Both the position numbers and the translations under genes were made by a program. Source: Octopus vulgaris (taxonomy: Eukaryota). Taken from it: a stretch of 64,000 nt of DNA. The stretch spans positions 153,698,001 to 153,762,000 of the forward strand of contig OX597814.1 in the NCBI GenBank assembly GCA_951406725.2, read 5' to 3'. Below are positions 13,551 through 25,660 of the stretch, in pieces (position 1 is the first letter of the stretch; each line of letters starts with the position of its first letter). The notes under the pieces are model-generated. The model was not told the DNA's origin. It saw only the letters and a program-made list of their open reading frames with translations, and ran no database searches.

Positions 13551-14237
13551 GATGATGATCATCATCATCATCATCATCACCACCATCCTCATCATCAACA
13601 ACAACAACAACAACTACAACAACCTTATCTAATGATGGAGGAAAGTCAGGAAAAAACTTCATTGCTGTATAAATATTCCATTTGTGATTGATTTCTCATA
13701 TCAATAAGGGCTGCTTACATTTAGGTGCTTTTGATGAAGTAGACACTTGGGCATCGACTGATGATAGCTGGAGCTATATAGAATTTTTTAAACTTCAATT
13801 GATGACTTCCACTGTTCTCTAACAGATCATCAGTCAATGATATCTACCATTTAAGGCTTAAAACCATTACCTTCAGTAGACTAGGATCAAATGTAGAGGA
13901 AATTTATTTCTCATGCACTTAAAATCATAAAACTGGAGCTAAACATCAGCCCTTAGAAGCTAGTGGGACTCATTGAGGCATTTAGGATTTTTACTCCACC
14001 GCTACAACATTATATATGCAGTTAGAGTGTAAAATAAAGTTAAGTGCAATGAAAAGTTGAGGTCAGTGGCCTATGTCTCTGTCCCCCACCCCACCCCGTC
14101 CCATCACCACCCGATGACAGTATCCCTTGAAGTTCAAGTGCTGTGTAGTCAGGGTCAGTCATGGTTATCGTTGATTACAGAAGTGTCAAGGAGAAAAAAA
14201 ATCTCTTACTGTGACTTGGTAAATGATTCATCATCAA

Positions 14238-14292
<55 letters not shown>

Positions 14293-15327
14293 TTCATCAT
14301 CATTTAGCATCCATTGTCCATGCCGGCATGGGTTGGACAGTTTGACCAGGGCTGATATGGTGAGGGGCTGCACCAGACTCCAGTCTGATTTGGCATGGTT
14401 TTTATGGATGGATGCCCTTCCTAACACCAACCACTCTGAGAGTGTAATAAGTGCTTTTACGTGCCACCAGCTTGATAGATCTACGTTCTCAAGCACAACA
14501 TATTCTTTTCTAATCTAGGCACACGGCCTGAAATTTTTTGGGAGGGAGCCAGTCGATTAGATTGACCTCAGTATGCAAGTGGTACTTAATTTATCAACCC
14601 TGAAAAGATGAAAGGCAAAGTTGACCTCAGTGAAATTTGAACTCAGAACATAAAGACAGACGAAATACCACTAAGCATTTCACCCGGTGTGCTGTTTCTG
14701 CCAGCTCGCTGTCTTCTAAGCACAACATATTACCAAATGTATCAGTCATTTGTCATTGCCTCCATGAGGCCCAACACTCAAAAGATGCCATTTATGTGCC
14801 ACCGGCACAGGTGCTAGTTTTATGACACTGGCATTAACCACATTGCCTCTGTGAGGACCAACACTCAAAAGGTGCCTTTTATGTGCCATCAGCACAAGTG
14901 CTAGTTTTATGATACTAGCATCAACCATATTGCCTCTGTGAGGTCCAACGCTCAAATGGTGCTTTTTACGAGTCACTGGCACAGGTACCAGTTACATGAC
15001 ACCAACAACATCCATAACTATGATTTGACTTGGCTTGACTAATCTTCTTAAGTGACAGGAATTTTTCAGTCACAGATTAGGACTTGTTTTGTGGATAACT
15101 GAAAACCTTATACTCATATCTCTGCTCTTGCCAACTGCCTGAGTCAAAATGATGTTCCACCTGTTTCATCACATGACACCCCTTCATTTCTCACTGCAGG
15201 TGCATGGCTTACTATGTCACAATTGCTGAAGGCTGAAACCTCTTGGATCCACAGAGAGTGACCCACTCATTGTGGCAGTGGGCAGTATCACACAACTGTG
15301 ATAATAAAATACCACCATATCTGTAGA

Positions 15328-15570
15328 TACAGATGCACAGAATGTGTGGTTAGGGTGGAAGCAGTTGTGATTCTTTGGTTCCTTACATGGATGCATCACC
15401 TGTTGTGAAGGTACAGATGCACAGGTGTGGTAAAGGTGGAAGCAGTTGTGATTCTTTGGTTCCCTACATGGATGCATCACCTGTTGTGAAGGTACAGATG
15501 CACAGGTGTGGTAAAGGTGGAAGCAGTTGTGATTCTTTGGTTCCCTACATGGATGCATCACCTGTTGTGG
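15328..15570. repeat. 81 bp tandem repeat, 3 copies
   Basis: Unit tacagatgcacaggtgtggtaaaggtggaagcagttgtgattctttggttccctacatggatgcatcacctgttgtg...; copies 2 and 3 are essentially identical. Confidence 0.92.
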
Positions 15571-17785
15571 TGCCATATGACTGAAGTCAAAGATAAACTT
15601 GTGATCAGTTTAAATATGCTTAAGAAATATTCAGATTGGTAACAAGTTTATATTTGTACACATCACTGCTTAGTGCTTCTAATCCGGATTGAAGTCATTC
15701 TCTTCTTTTGGGAAAACACGATAACTTTATGTAGTGTGATGGAGGAAAAGGACAACAGAAAAAGAAGCAACGGGAGAAAGAAATACAAAAGGCCTTACCT
15801 CGGCGAAATCAGCGGTCTCTCACGAATTCAACATGTCCTGTCGCTTTGCCGTCTATGCTGGAACTGACCACACTTCCTCGCTGGCCACATGTGCTTCCTG
15901 CCATGCATGTGCCCTTCACTCTTCTGCCGGCCCCTGCAAGCCCTACTTCCGCCCACCTCATCTGTCATCCTCTCCACCAACACCACATAGCTCATCACGG
16001 CCCATAACACCGACCACTAACACCACACTTTAGATATCATTTTCCATTGTCTTCCTTATTCTTTCTCTCTTTCTTTTATTTATTTATTTTTGGCAATTGC
16101 TATATCATCATCAAATTAGATGACCAAACTATCACTCACTCCCCACAACTAGATAAAATTAAATAAAATGAGTACCAACAATGGATCTTCTATATGGTAG
16201 AAACATCAGCCAAATTATTCTTAAATTACACTCTAATCATCTTGAAAAGGACAGCAGGTATTGGATAATGTACTCCAAGATACATACTGTCAAAGAGAAA
16301 GAAGAGGTGGCCACAACTGGGATATTCTTGACCAGAGGTATATTCAATAAGAAATTACCAGATGCTAAATAGCAACCACAGCAAGCACCAAATATCCTTC
16401 AAATCACACTATATCATCTTAATGAAAGGGAAGACACATTGGGTAATCTAATCAAAGAAATACAAAATGATGGGATCATTACAACTGGAATTCACTTAAT
16501 TATAGGTTTCTTTGGTCAGTGCTGAACTAGGACTTAACAGTAACTGAACAGAGAGACAGCATCATTCAGATAGATAAGAGTATGTTGCTTGGTGGTGATA
16601 TTAATGTTTCATCTTATACTTGTTTCACTCATTGGACTGTGGCCATGCTGGGGCATTATCTTGAAGGATTTAGCTGAACAAATCACCTCTATGTTTTATA
16701 AGTTTAGTACTTATTCTATCAGTCTTGCTTTATGAACTGCAAAGTTCAGAGACATAAACCACCCACTGCTTGACTGGTTGCTGAGCAATGGTAAGGAACA
16801 AACAAAAGTTGAACACACACACATACACACATATTTATATGGCAGGCTTCCCCATAGTTTTCGTTTACCAACTTCATTGTTTGATGAACTACAAAGTTCA
16901 GAAACTGCTTGACTGGTAGTTGAGCAATGGTAAGGAACAAACAAAAGTTGAACACACACTCATACACACATATTTATATGGCAGGCTTCCCCATAGTTTT
17001 CGTTTACCAACTTCATTGACAAGGCAGTGATTGGTCTGGGGTTATGGTAGAAGACACTTGCCGAAGGTACCACACAGTGGGACTGAACCCAAAACTGCTT
17101 GGTTGCAAAACAAGCTTCTTAACCACACAGCCATGCATGTTAAGTTTTTTTTATTTTCCAATGTGCTAGCTGTCAATTCTAATTTTTTGGTATTTAGTGT
17201 TCCTAACACAAATAATATTAGAAACATTTTTTTCTGTTTTTCAAATCGAAAATAGTGTTGCTTTCATTTATGATATTTGTTTCAAATTTACAATATAATA
17301 TTGTTCACTGTACAATATGTTTCAAAATAACTGGAATCGTATGACAGTTCCATTATACAGATTTACCAAAATGCTCAAGGCTAATGTAATTAGCATATGG
17401 CTTCTAATTAGAGTACTGGACTAGATTAAATAATAATCTCTATTATAAGTTTGCATCTTACTATGCTTAATTTGTTGTGGTTCACCTGTCTAAATGAAAG
17501 CATGAGAATATGATAAATTACTATATGTTTTAAATCAGAATTGCTTGGTTAAATTCAAATACTGCTATAATTACCATGGTTTAGTTTACTCTTTTACAAC
17601 CATTCAGACCAGAGTTACAATAATCTTCATGCAGTCATTGACCTTTAGGTGTTTGGGCTGGGCAGGGCAGGGCATCATCACAACAAAGCCTTATGAGTTG
17701 ATTTGGTAAATGAAAACTAAAAGAAGCCCATTGTATGTATGTATGTATGTATGTATGTATGTATGTATGTATGTATGTATGTATG

Positions 17786-17920
17786 TCATTGTTCAGCTTT
17801 ATTTCAAGATTTCTTGCCAGTAGAGAAAGAGCTGGTTTCTAACCTAGATTCAAGGCTCCATTGAAATTTCAGTATCAGCAACAGGATATTTTTGTTTGTT
17901 TGTTTGTTTGTATGTATGTA

Positions 17921-17995
<75 letters not shown>

Positions 17996-19195
17996 ATGTA
18001 TGTATGTATGTATGTATGTATGTATGTATGTATGTATGTCTCTTCTATTTTTTAATTATTATAAATCTTCCAGTGAGTAACTAAGATATAAAGTTCCATC
18101 TTTGGGATGTCGTTAACACAGACAAATCCACATATGTATGTACATCTGCAGATTTGTATGTTTTGCTTTATGTATGTATTCTCATGCATATAGTTGCATA
18201 TCTAGACATGCTCATATATATTTAAATGCTAAACTTCTGGAACGTTTTACAGATTTTCACAGTTCAAGTGATGGATTAGATCTGTAGTCTTCAAAATAGC
18301 TTTCTCCTTTCTGATTTTGAGAAGCCTAATTTCTCAAGATTGGTATTAGGCAGTGTGTTATATATCCAAGGGCCCCAGTGATTACAGGTATAAACCTGAA
18401 CTTGTTATCTGGATACAGTAACTGCAGATTTCTCAATAGTTCAGCATAGGTATTCTCTTTTGCACTGATCTTCAGCTTTATGTTAACATCTGCTTGGCAG
18501 CTAATTTCCACAACTGTACACAGTTTCTCTTCTCTATCTCAAATCATTATATCAGATCTACTCTCTCTCTCTCTCTCTCTTTTACTTGTTTCAGTCATTT
18601 CACTGCGGCCATGCTGGAGCACCACCTTTAGTCGAGCAAATCGACCCCGGGACTTATTCTTTGTAAGCCCAGTACGTATTCTCTCAGTCTCTTTTTGCCG
18701 AACCGCTAAGTGACGGGGACGTAAACACACCAGCATTGGTTGTCAAGCGATGGTGGGGGGACAAACACAGACACACAAACATATACACACATACATATAT
18801 ATATATATATACATATATACGACAGGCTTCTTTCAGTTTCCGTCTACCAAATCCACTCACAAGGCATTGGTCGGCCCGAGGCTATAGCAGAAGACACTTG
18901 CCCAAGATGCCACGCAGTGGGACTGAACCCGGAACCGTGTGGTTGGTAAGCAAGCTACTTACCACACAGCCACGCTTACTTTTATTGAGGTCTTCACTGG
19001 GATGTTATACCAGTTCTCCTTTGTATTATGAGTGTCTACCATACTGTGGGTTCTTATTTATTAGTCCTTAGGGTTATCCTTCCGATGGATTTCATTAGAG
19101 TGTCCTAGCTACAACATCATGTCTCATCAGTAGATAATACCATCATGTCATTTTCGGACAACTGTTTATGATGTGGGTGATGTCTTTGGTGTTAT
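17786..19195 (-). mobile_element. 3' end of an R2-superfamily (R4/Dong-like) non-LTR retrotransposon with restriction-like endonuclease, split by a SINE
   Basis: Minus-strand peptides THIINSCPKM..RHDVVARTL (CCHC knuckle remnant), RSDIMI*DREEKLCTVVEISCQADVNI..KENTYAELLRNLQLLYP..IPVITGALG, TVKICKTFQKF. The 3' UTR abuts (TATG)n. Confidence 0.82.
18578..18975 (-). mobile_element. CORE-type tRNA SINE with internal microsatellite (representative of the most abundant family)
   Basis: B box ggttcagtccc and CORE-like cttgggcaagtgtctt. Other copies at ~4905-5365, 13040-13305, 16615-17135, 22485-22882, 26268-28325 (split by Tc1), 35672-36055, 44695-45123, 47620-47995, 55303-55687. Confidence 0.85.
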
Positions 19196-19227
19196 GTATG
19201 TACACACACACACACACACACACACCA

Positions 19228-19278
<51 letters not shown>

Positions 19279-19318
19279 ACGCACACACACACACACACAA
19301 GCAAAAGAAACTGACATA

Positions 19319-19533
19319 AAGAGGTGCTGAAAAGTTTCTGGCTTTAAGGGTATCAGGAAAGGCCTGGTTGGTGACGCAACCTTCCAAGTTCTTTTACAGG
19401 GCTTAGAAATACTGGAGGACCACTGCAATAATTGTGTGAATGAGAGAGTGAAATATGTTGAATAAAATCATCATTAGCTGATCCTACTGTATTTTCTTTT
19501 ACCCAAAACCAAGAACTTTTCGGCACCCCCTCG
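19319..19533 (+). mobile_element. Mariner-derived MITE, copy 2
   Basis: gaggtgctgaaaagtttctgg ... ccaagaacttttcggcaccccctcg; colinear with 10218-10431. Confidence 0.8.
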
Positions 19534-19612
19534 AGTGTGTGCGTCATATATATATATTTGATTTTGATTTTGATTTTTCCAGTTTCAGCTCATGAGCATG
19601 CTGGGCACCGCC

Positions 19613-19838
<226 letters not shown>

Positions 19839-20060
19839 TATGTGTGTATTTGTTTGTGGAGACATTAGTTGTGATATCATGTGATGATTTTAAATGACCA
19901 TCAGCATCATACAAGTGATGTTTGGTTCTAGTTTTCCAAGAGAAACATTACCCTGCTTGAAAACAGGTGAGGGTTGATAACAGGAAGGGCATCCATCTGT
20001 AGAAAATCAGTCTCAGCAAATTCCATTTGTCCCATGCATCTATGGAAAAGTGGTCATTAA

Positions 20061-20281
20061 CCCTTTAGTATTCAGATTATCCTGTCAAATGTAATGCTTA
20101 TATAATCAAATTGTTTTGAATTAATCAGGCAAAAACATCGCAGCATTAAAATTTTGAGGATGAAGTTGCTTATTCTTAGAATGACATTGTGGGATAAGTG
20201 TGCAAAGCCAGATCCGGCCAGTTTGAACATAGAACAGGTAGAATATTTGGGCTGGATATGACTGGTTTAAATGCTAGAGGG
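20061..20281 (-). mobile_element. TTAA-flanked (piggyBac-like) MITE
   Basis: TTAA-ccctttagtatt ... aatgctagaggg-TTAA; reverse orientation of 21651-21870. Confidence 0.8.
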
Positions 20282-20376
20282 TTAAATGATGAGGATAATG
20301 ATTTTCCATGCTAGTGGTGGAAACAGTAGAAACCCTTGTTTTTCGAGAAAGGTTTTTCCTTCTACTGACTTCTTAC

Positions 20377-20421
20377 ACATTGAAACTGATGAAGCAGCCA
20401 AGCTGGAGGATGTAGCATTTA
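20377..20421 (-). other. Candidate 45 nt internal exon (phase 1, NATSSSLAASSVSM)
   Basis: Minus strand ttgtttatttccag acceptor and GTAAGA donor; symmetric length; non-repeat sequence. Confidence 0.3.
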
Positions 20422-21650
20422 CTGGAAATAAACAAGTATCAATACTTTTATTCAAGTGGTGGTAATATGAAAACATGTAGTAGCACACACACATACATCT
20501 AGACAAAGAGGCTTTCTGTTCAATTTCTCTCTTGCAAATATCACTTAAAAGGCATTGATCAGCCCAAGGTCATAATAAAAGAAGCCACCCATTGAGATGG
20601 AACTTGAAACCACAAGGATGTAGAGGTATTTTCACAACCACATAGCCAAACCTCCAAGAAAATTCTTAAATTAAAGACCACCAGAGCTGAGTAAAGACTG
20701 TCACTAAGAACTCAGACTGTTAAGTGGGCAAAAAGTGTTTCATTTAATAAAAATGGTAAATTTGGATGAGTCTGTTCACTATAAGGAGATGAGCTCACTG
20801 ATCCTTCAAGTAAAACCAACATAGCTGTGTGTTAAGAAGTTCTCTTTGCAACCATAGGGTTCCAGGTTTAATTTCACTATGTTTCAACCAGGGCAAATGT
20901 TTTTGGTATAATCATGGTATAATTTAGTCAAAGACTAGCAGCTGGACATTTGCAACGAATATGAGTATGTCACACTTGTGCTTTGAATACTGAAGTCAAA
21001 AGTTTTAGTGGAATAAAGCAATTTTATTCCCAGTAACTGTTTTGCATCACAACACCTGCTATTTTCAGAAATTTGTTTAATGCTAAACTCTTAAATCATT
21101 CTGATATAATTTAGTCAAAGACTAGCAGCTGGACATGTTTCTGGCATTCTACACTCTGACTGTAGTTATATTCACTATACAACTTATTGGTTGAAATCTA
21201 AAATGTCAACACTGACTGGAATGAAATCTTATATTTTAACTATTGACTATTTTGACAATATAAATTGTTTTATCAGATGAAATGAATATTCTGACAATGG
21301 ATGATTTCAAGTAATATCATTGCTCTAGTTGCTGTCAAAAGCTATTCACTCAGTGTTTGACAAAAGCAATCTATTAACAGACATCAAAAGGAAGGTTTGA
21401 GCTCTCACAGCATGAGAAAAAAAATGGACATAAAAATAACCATGGTGACAATACCAGCAGACCTAACTATAAAGACAACCAATGAAAACAGTTTGTTAGT
21501 GACAAAGCAAAGAGAGTTGTGAATAGTTTTATTAAAATTCCATTTGTTTCCATGTAATCTAGGTGAGACAAAATTGTTGGTACTTCATATTAAATAGTTT
21601 CAATTAAGACTGAGAAAAAAAACAAAGAAAATATTGCTACAATTAATTAA

Positions 21651-21870
21651 CCCTTTAGCATTTAAACCAGCCATAACTGGCTCAAATATTCTACCTGTTT
21701 TATGATCAAGCCAGTCAGCTCTAAACTCTCACACCTACCTTATGATATCATTCTTAAAATATACAATTATACCATAAAAATCTCAAAGCTACAAGGTAAC
21801 ACATAATTAATTCAAAACAGTGTGAGTAAATAAGCATTACATTTGACAAAGTAATCTGAACACTAAAGAG
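21651..21870 (+). mobile_element. TTAA-flanked (piggyBac-like) MITE, same family
   Basis: TTAA-ccctttagcatt ... aacactaaagag-TTAA. Confidence 0.8.
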
Positions 21871-21891
21871 TTAAACCTAATAACAGTTTGT

Positions 21892-22465
21892 GTGGAGGTG
21901 CATGACTTAGTGGTTAGAGCAGTGGACTTGTGGTTAAGGGATTGCGGGTTCAAATCTCAGGCCGGGGGCGATGTGTGTGTTTATAAATGAAACACCTAAG
22001 CTTCATGTGGCTCCAGCAGAAGGTAATGGTAAACTTCTGCCGACTCTTTCGCTACAACTTTTTCTCACTCTTTCCTCCTGCATCTAGCAACTCACCTGTG
22101 GTGGATGGGCATCCTGTCCAGATGGGGAACCTATACGCCAATGAAACTGGGAAACTGGCCCTTATGAGCCAGGCATGGCTTGAGAAGAAACAAACAACAA
22201 CAAAGTTAACAGTTTGTATGGAGGTGCATGGCTTAGTGGTTAGGATGTTGGACTCATGATTGTAAGATTGTGGTTTCGATTCCTGGACTGGGCGATGCAT
22301 TATGTTCTTGAACAAAACACTTCATTTCATGTTGCTCCAGTTTACTCAGCTGGTAAAAATAAGTAATCCTGTAACAGGCCGGCATCCCATCAAGAGAGGA
22401 ATATATACACCAGAGAAACCAAGAAACCAGTCGTATGATCCTTACAGAGTAATGTGGACTGACCA
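21892..22465 (+). mobile_element. Two tandem tRNA-derived SINEs
   Basis: Heads tggaggtgcatg(a/g)cttagtggttag at ~21893 and ~22219, each preceded by taacagtttgt. Confidence 0.8.
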
Positions 22466-23357
22466 GTAACAGTCTATTCTTTTCTTTTACTTGTTTCAGT
22501 CATTAGACTATGGCCATGCTGGAGCACTGCCTTAAAGGGTTTTTGTTGAAGAAATCAACTCCAGGACTAATTCTTTGTAAGCCTAGTACTCTTTTGCCAA
22601 ACCACTAAGTTACGGGAATGTAAACACACCAACATTGATTGTCAAGTGATGGTGGGAGGGGATAAACATAAACACAAAGACACACACACATAAATATATG
22701 TACACACATACACACACACATATATTTGATGGGCTTCTTTTAGTTTCTGTCTACCAAATCCACCCACAAGGCTTTGGTTGGTCCAAGGCTATGGTAGAAA
22801 ACACTCGCTCAAGGTGCCATGCAGTGGGACTGAACCTGGAACCATGTGGTTGGGAAATAAGCCTCTTACCACAGCCATGCCTGTTTGCAGACTTTTGTGA
22901 GGTAAATTTCTTTCAAATATTCAATTTGACACTTTTTGTAATTATTGACTCAAGTTACTTTGTTAGGGGTGTCTGATAATTATTTCTAATTTTGGCACAA
23001 GGCCAATAATTTTGAGGTGACTGGTACTTTGTTTTATTGACCCTGAAGGGATGGATGAAAGTCAAAGTGAACCCCAGCAGAATTTGAACTCAGTACATAA
23101 TGTGCTGTAAGAATTGCTGCCACATGTTTACAATTCTGTGCTAACAATTCTGTTAGGTTATTCCAGCTTATAACATTAACTTATCACTCACTCAAAGAGC
23201 AGAGTGTGAATTTTTCAGGCTTTATTTGTGTATGGCATATTCTACTGCAAAACCTTTTGATTGCTTCTAAGTAGTTATTTGGGTAACATCCTACCTGGCT
23301 TGAGACGATGAGGAATACTCAGTAGCAGCTTTAACATCACCACAACTACTGCCGTTC

Positions 23358-23560
23358 AAGAATTTGGACCTGGAGATCTCCATTTCCAGCTACTTTGAGG
23401 GCCACCTCCCAGTGGTGTTGGGCGTCAATGAAGAGCCCTCGACTACAACAAGACGACCAAAGTTTTTTTTTTTTCCAAAGTCTGGGGTCTCCCTCCCCTA
23501 AGCCCTAGACCATCACCTAATCACCCTTACCCATCTTGTTGCTTAACAACAACAACAACC
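23358..23560 (+). repeat. Unassigned ~200 bp dispersed repeat, copy 1
   Basis: Colinear and highly similar to 38438-38640. Confidence 0.85.
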
Positions 23561-23584
23561 ACAACTACCAACAACAATGATGAA

Positions 23585-24740
23585 GAGCCAGAGTATGAGC
23601 CTCTGCGTGGTTGCTGAAACTGTTAGAAATAGAAGTCATTTCTCTTTCAAACTGATTGTTCTTGATTCTCTGTGCATTGGGAAAAATTACAAAATTGTCA
23701 TTACTGGAATGCCAATGATCACAGGTCTGCTCAATTAAGGCTGACCCAGGGTTGAATAATAGTAACAACAATTCCCATCACCACCCACAACACCCAACCA
23801 CATCAACACCCAACAACAACAATGAGAGTACTTTTGCTTGGTCAATTGACATACTAAAAATAGTAGCCAAACCTCCTTCAATTACACTCCACTGTCTCGG
23901 AAGAAAAGGACTACATTGGACAATGTAGTCCTAGATACACAAAAAGACAGAATGGTTACAGCTGGAGAGCCTTTGGCCGTAGATCTTCTCCATTAAAGTT
24001 GATCTGGAAGCGAAGCAATGACAACATTATCACTACAAAAGAGTGTCTACATGGTCATTCGATCTGCTAGAAATAACAGCCAAATATTATTTTTTACTAA
24101 CACCATACTATCCACAAAAAGAAAAAAAAAAGATGAGATATACTGGAAATTTTTTTTTAATATACAGAGAAAGAAAATAGGATGGTCATGACTGGAACAT
24201 TTTTGATCATTCATCTATTTGATTAAGACTGAACTTGAGACTAAAACAAAAATATGGTTATAAAAGAGCTACATAGTAGCTCCTTCATCTGTGAGAAATA
24301 GCAACCAAATTTCCTTGAAATCACATTCTATTGCTTTAAGAAAAGAAAGATATGTGGGACTATGTAATCTTGGATATAAAAAAACGATAAGACAATCATA
24401 GTTGGAATATATCTGGTCATCTGGTCATAGGCTTGCTTCATGAGGATAAATTTGGAGCTAAATAACAAACCAAGAAGGAGATGTGCTCACTTGACCTTGA
24501 AATATGAACCAAATCTCCTTCAAGTTACATATCTTATAAAAAAATATTAAATAACTAAATAACTGAGTCCTAGATGCATTGTGAGTAGAAACAAAGACAG
24601 AATGTTTTTTATCTAAAGGATTGCTGGATCAGGGCTGACTTGGGATTAAACAGCATAGATGCTAATGCCAAGAGTCAACACAACGAGGATTCTCTCTGTT
24701 GTCATTCAACCTGCTAGAGTCAACAACCAAATCTCCCTTA
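23585..24740 (+). repeat. Head-to-tail array (~6 copies) of an old ~200 bp AAC-tailed interspersed repeat
   Basis: Recurrent ctgctagaaata(g)cagccaaatctcc ... gtcatgactggaa ... ggctgacctggggctaaacaac. Dispersed copies at ~16200-16540, 28680-28900, 42180-42380, 46960-47280. Confidence 0.7.
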
Positions 24741-24875
24741 AGAAGTCTGCAGGTAACTGTAACCTAGACATTATTGTCAACAATGAGCTACATTGGACAA
24801 ACCATATTTTCAAAATCATTGAAAAGTCTGAAGGTGTCTTAGCATCATTCAGTAAGAACTTTGTCAGCTGTCTCT
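24738..24875 (+). mobile_element. Small CR1 RT fragment, same family as 41205-42030
   Basis: KKSAGNCNLDIIVNNELHWTNHIFKII..LASFSKNFVS aligns by eye with KKSSCEHDLGITINSNLHWTKHISKIV..LSKTFV. Confidence 0.7.
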
Positions 24876-24990
24876 CTGGAAGAACATTCTAGCCTAGTTG
24901 CAGGTCGTCTAAGAATAAAGAGTAAAAGTAGATAGAAGAATACAGACAGGAGAAAAAAATGGATGGTCATGTCAAGGAAACCTACTGTTT

Positions 24991-25390
24991 TTAGGTTGGT
25001 TCTACAGTGACCTTCAGTCCGAGGGAGTTCATGGTGATTGTGAGGTCCTTTCTGAGTCTATCTAGCCTGTGGCTGTTAGCCCCTCTTGGAATTGCTAGTG
25101 CATTGTCCCTGCAGAGGCCAAAGCTAGTTGAAGGGAATTTCTTTTTTAGTATATCTACAATGAAGAAACCGACTAGGTCACATACGTCCACACTGTCAAA
25201 AGCACCCGTTGCCACATCAAAGGAGCCCTCTGGCTCAGTGTGTTCGGACCAAAGGGACCCCTTACTGAAGAATAGGCTTCTTCTGATACATGATAATGTG
25301 TATGTCCTCGTCATTCACTTTAGTTTGAGCCCTGGCAAAGTTCAGCGCCTTTAACAGGACCTCCCTTGATATAGATGGGTATACCTACAC
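24991..25390 (-). mobile_element. Penelope-like element reverse-transcriptase fragment (Naiad-type motifs)
   Basis: YPSISREVLLKALNFA..DIHIIM / RRSLFF..FDVATGAFDSVDVCDLVG..FGLCRDNALAI..RLRKDL, a degenerate form of FDVTMGSFDGAEVCELVG / GLYRDDGL. Clade assignment is from memory of motifs. Confidence 0.8.
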
Positions 25391-25660
25391 CCCCCCGGAT
25401 AAAATAATATATATGTCACTGCTACACATACCATGCACCCTATATCACACACCCCATCCCTTTAGGGAGACCACATTAATAATACACACTTTCCCTACCT
25501 CAAGATAATTTTTGCCAGATTCACAGCATACACAATCAAGAGACATAACTCCTAACCCAATTCCCTGGGCCCTTTTTCATTTCACCACCTTTTTCACAAC
25601 AGCTGCTGACCAGTTGTGCTAATCCACCTCTGACAATAGAGAGTGGTCATCATATTCCCT

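Noticed and set aside
13752-13840. Inverted repeat catcgactgatgat / atcatcagtcaatg as pre-miRNA, snoRNA or hammerhead
   Set aside because: Only ~14 bp of stem with a poorly paired ~60 nt interior; no GAAA core or D box in position.
14057-14518. 153 aa poly-Ser / 96 aa poly-Asp ORFs
   Set aside because: Derived from the (TCA)n tail and 3' UTR of an RTE fragment.
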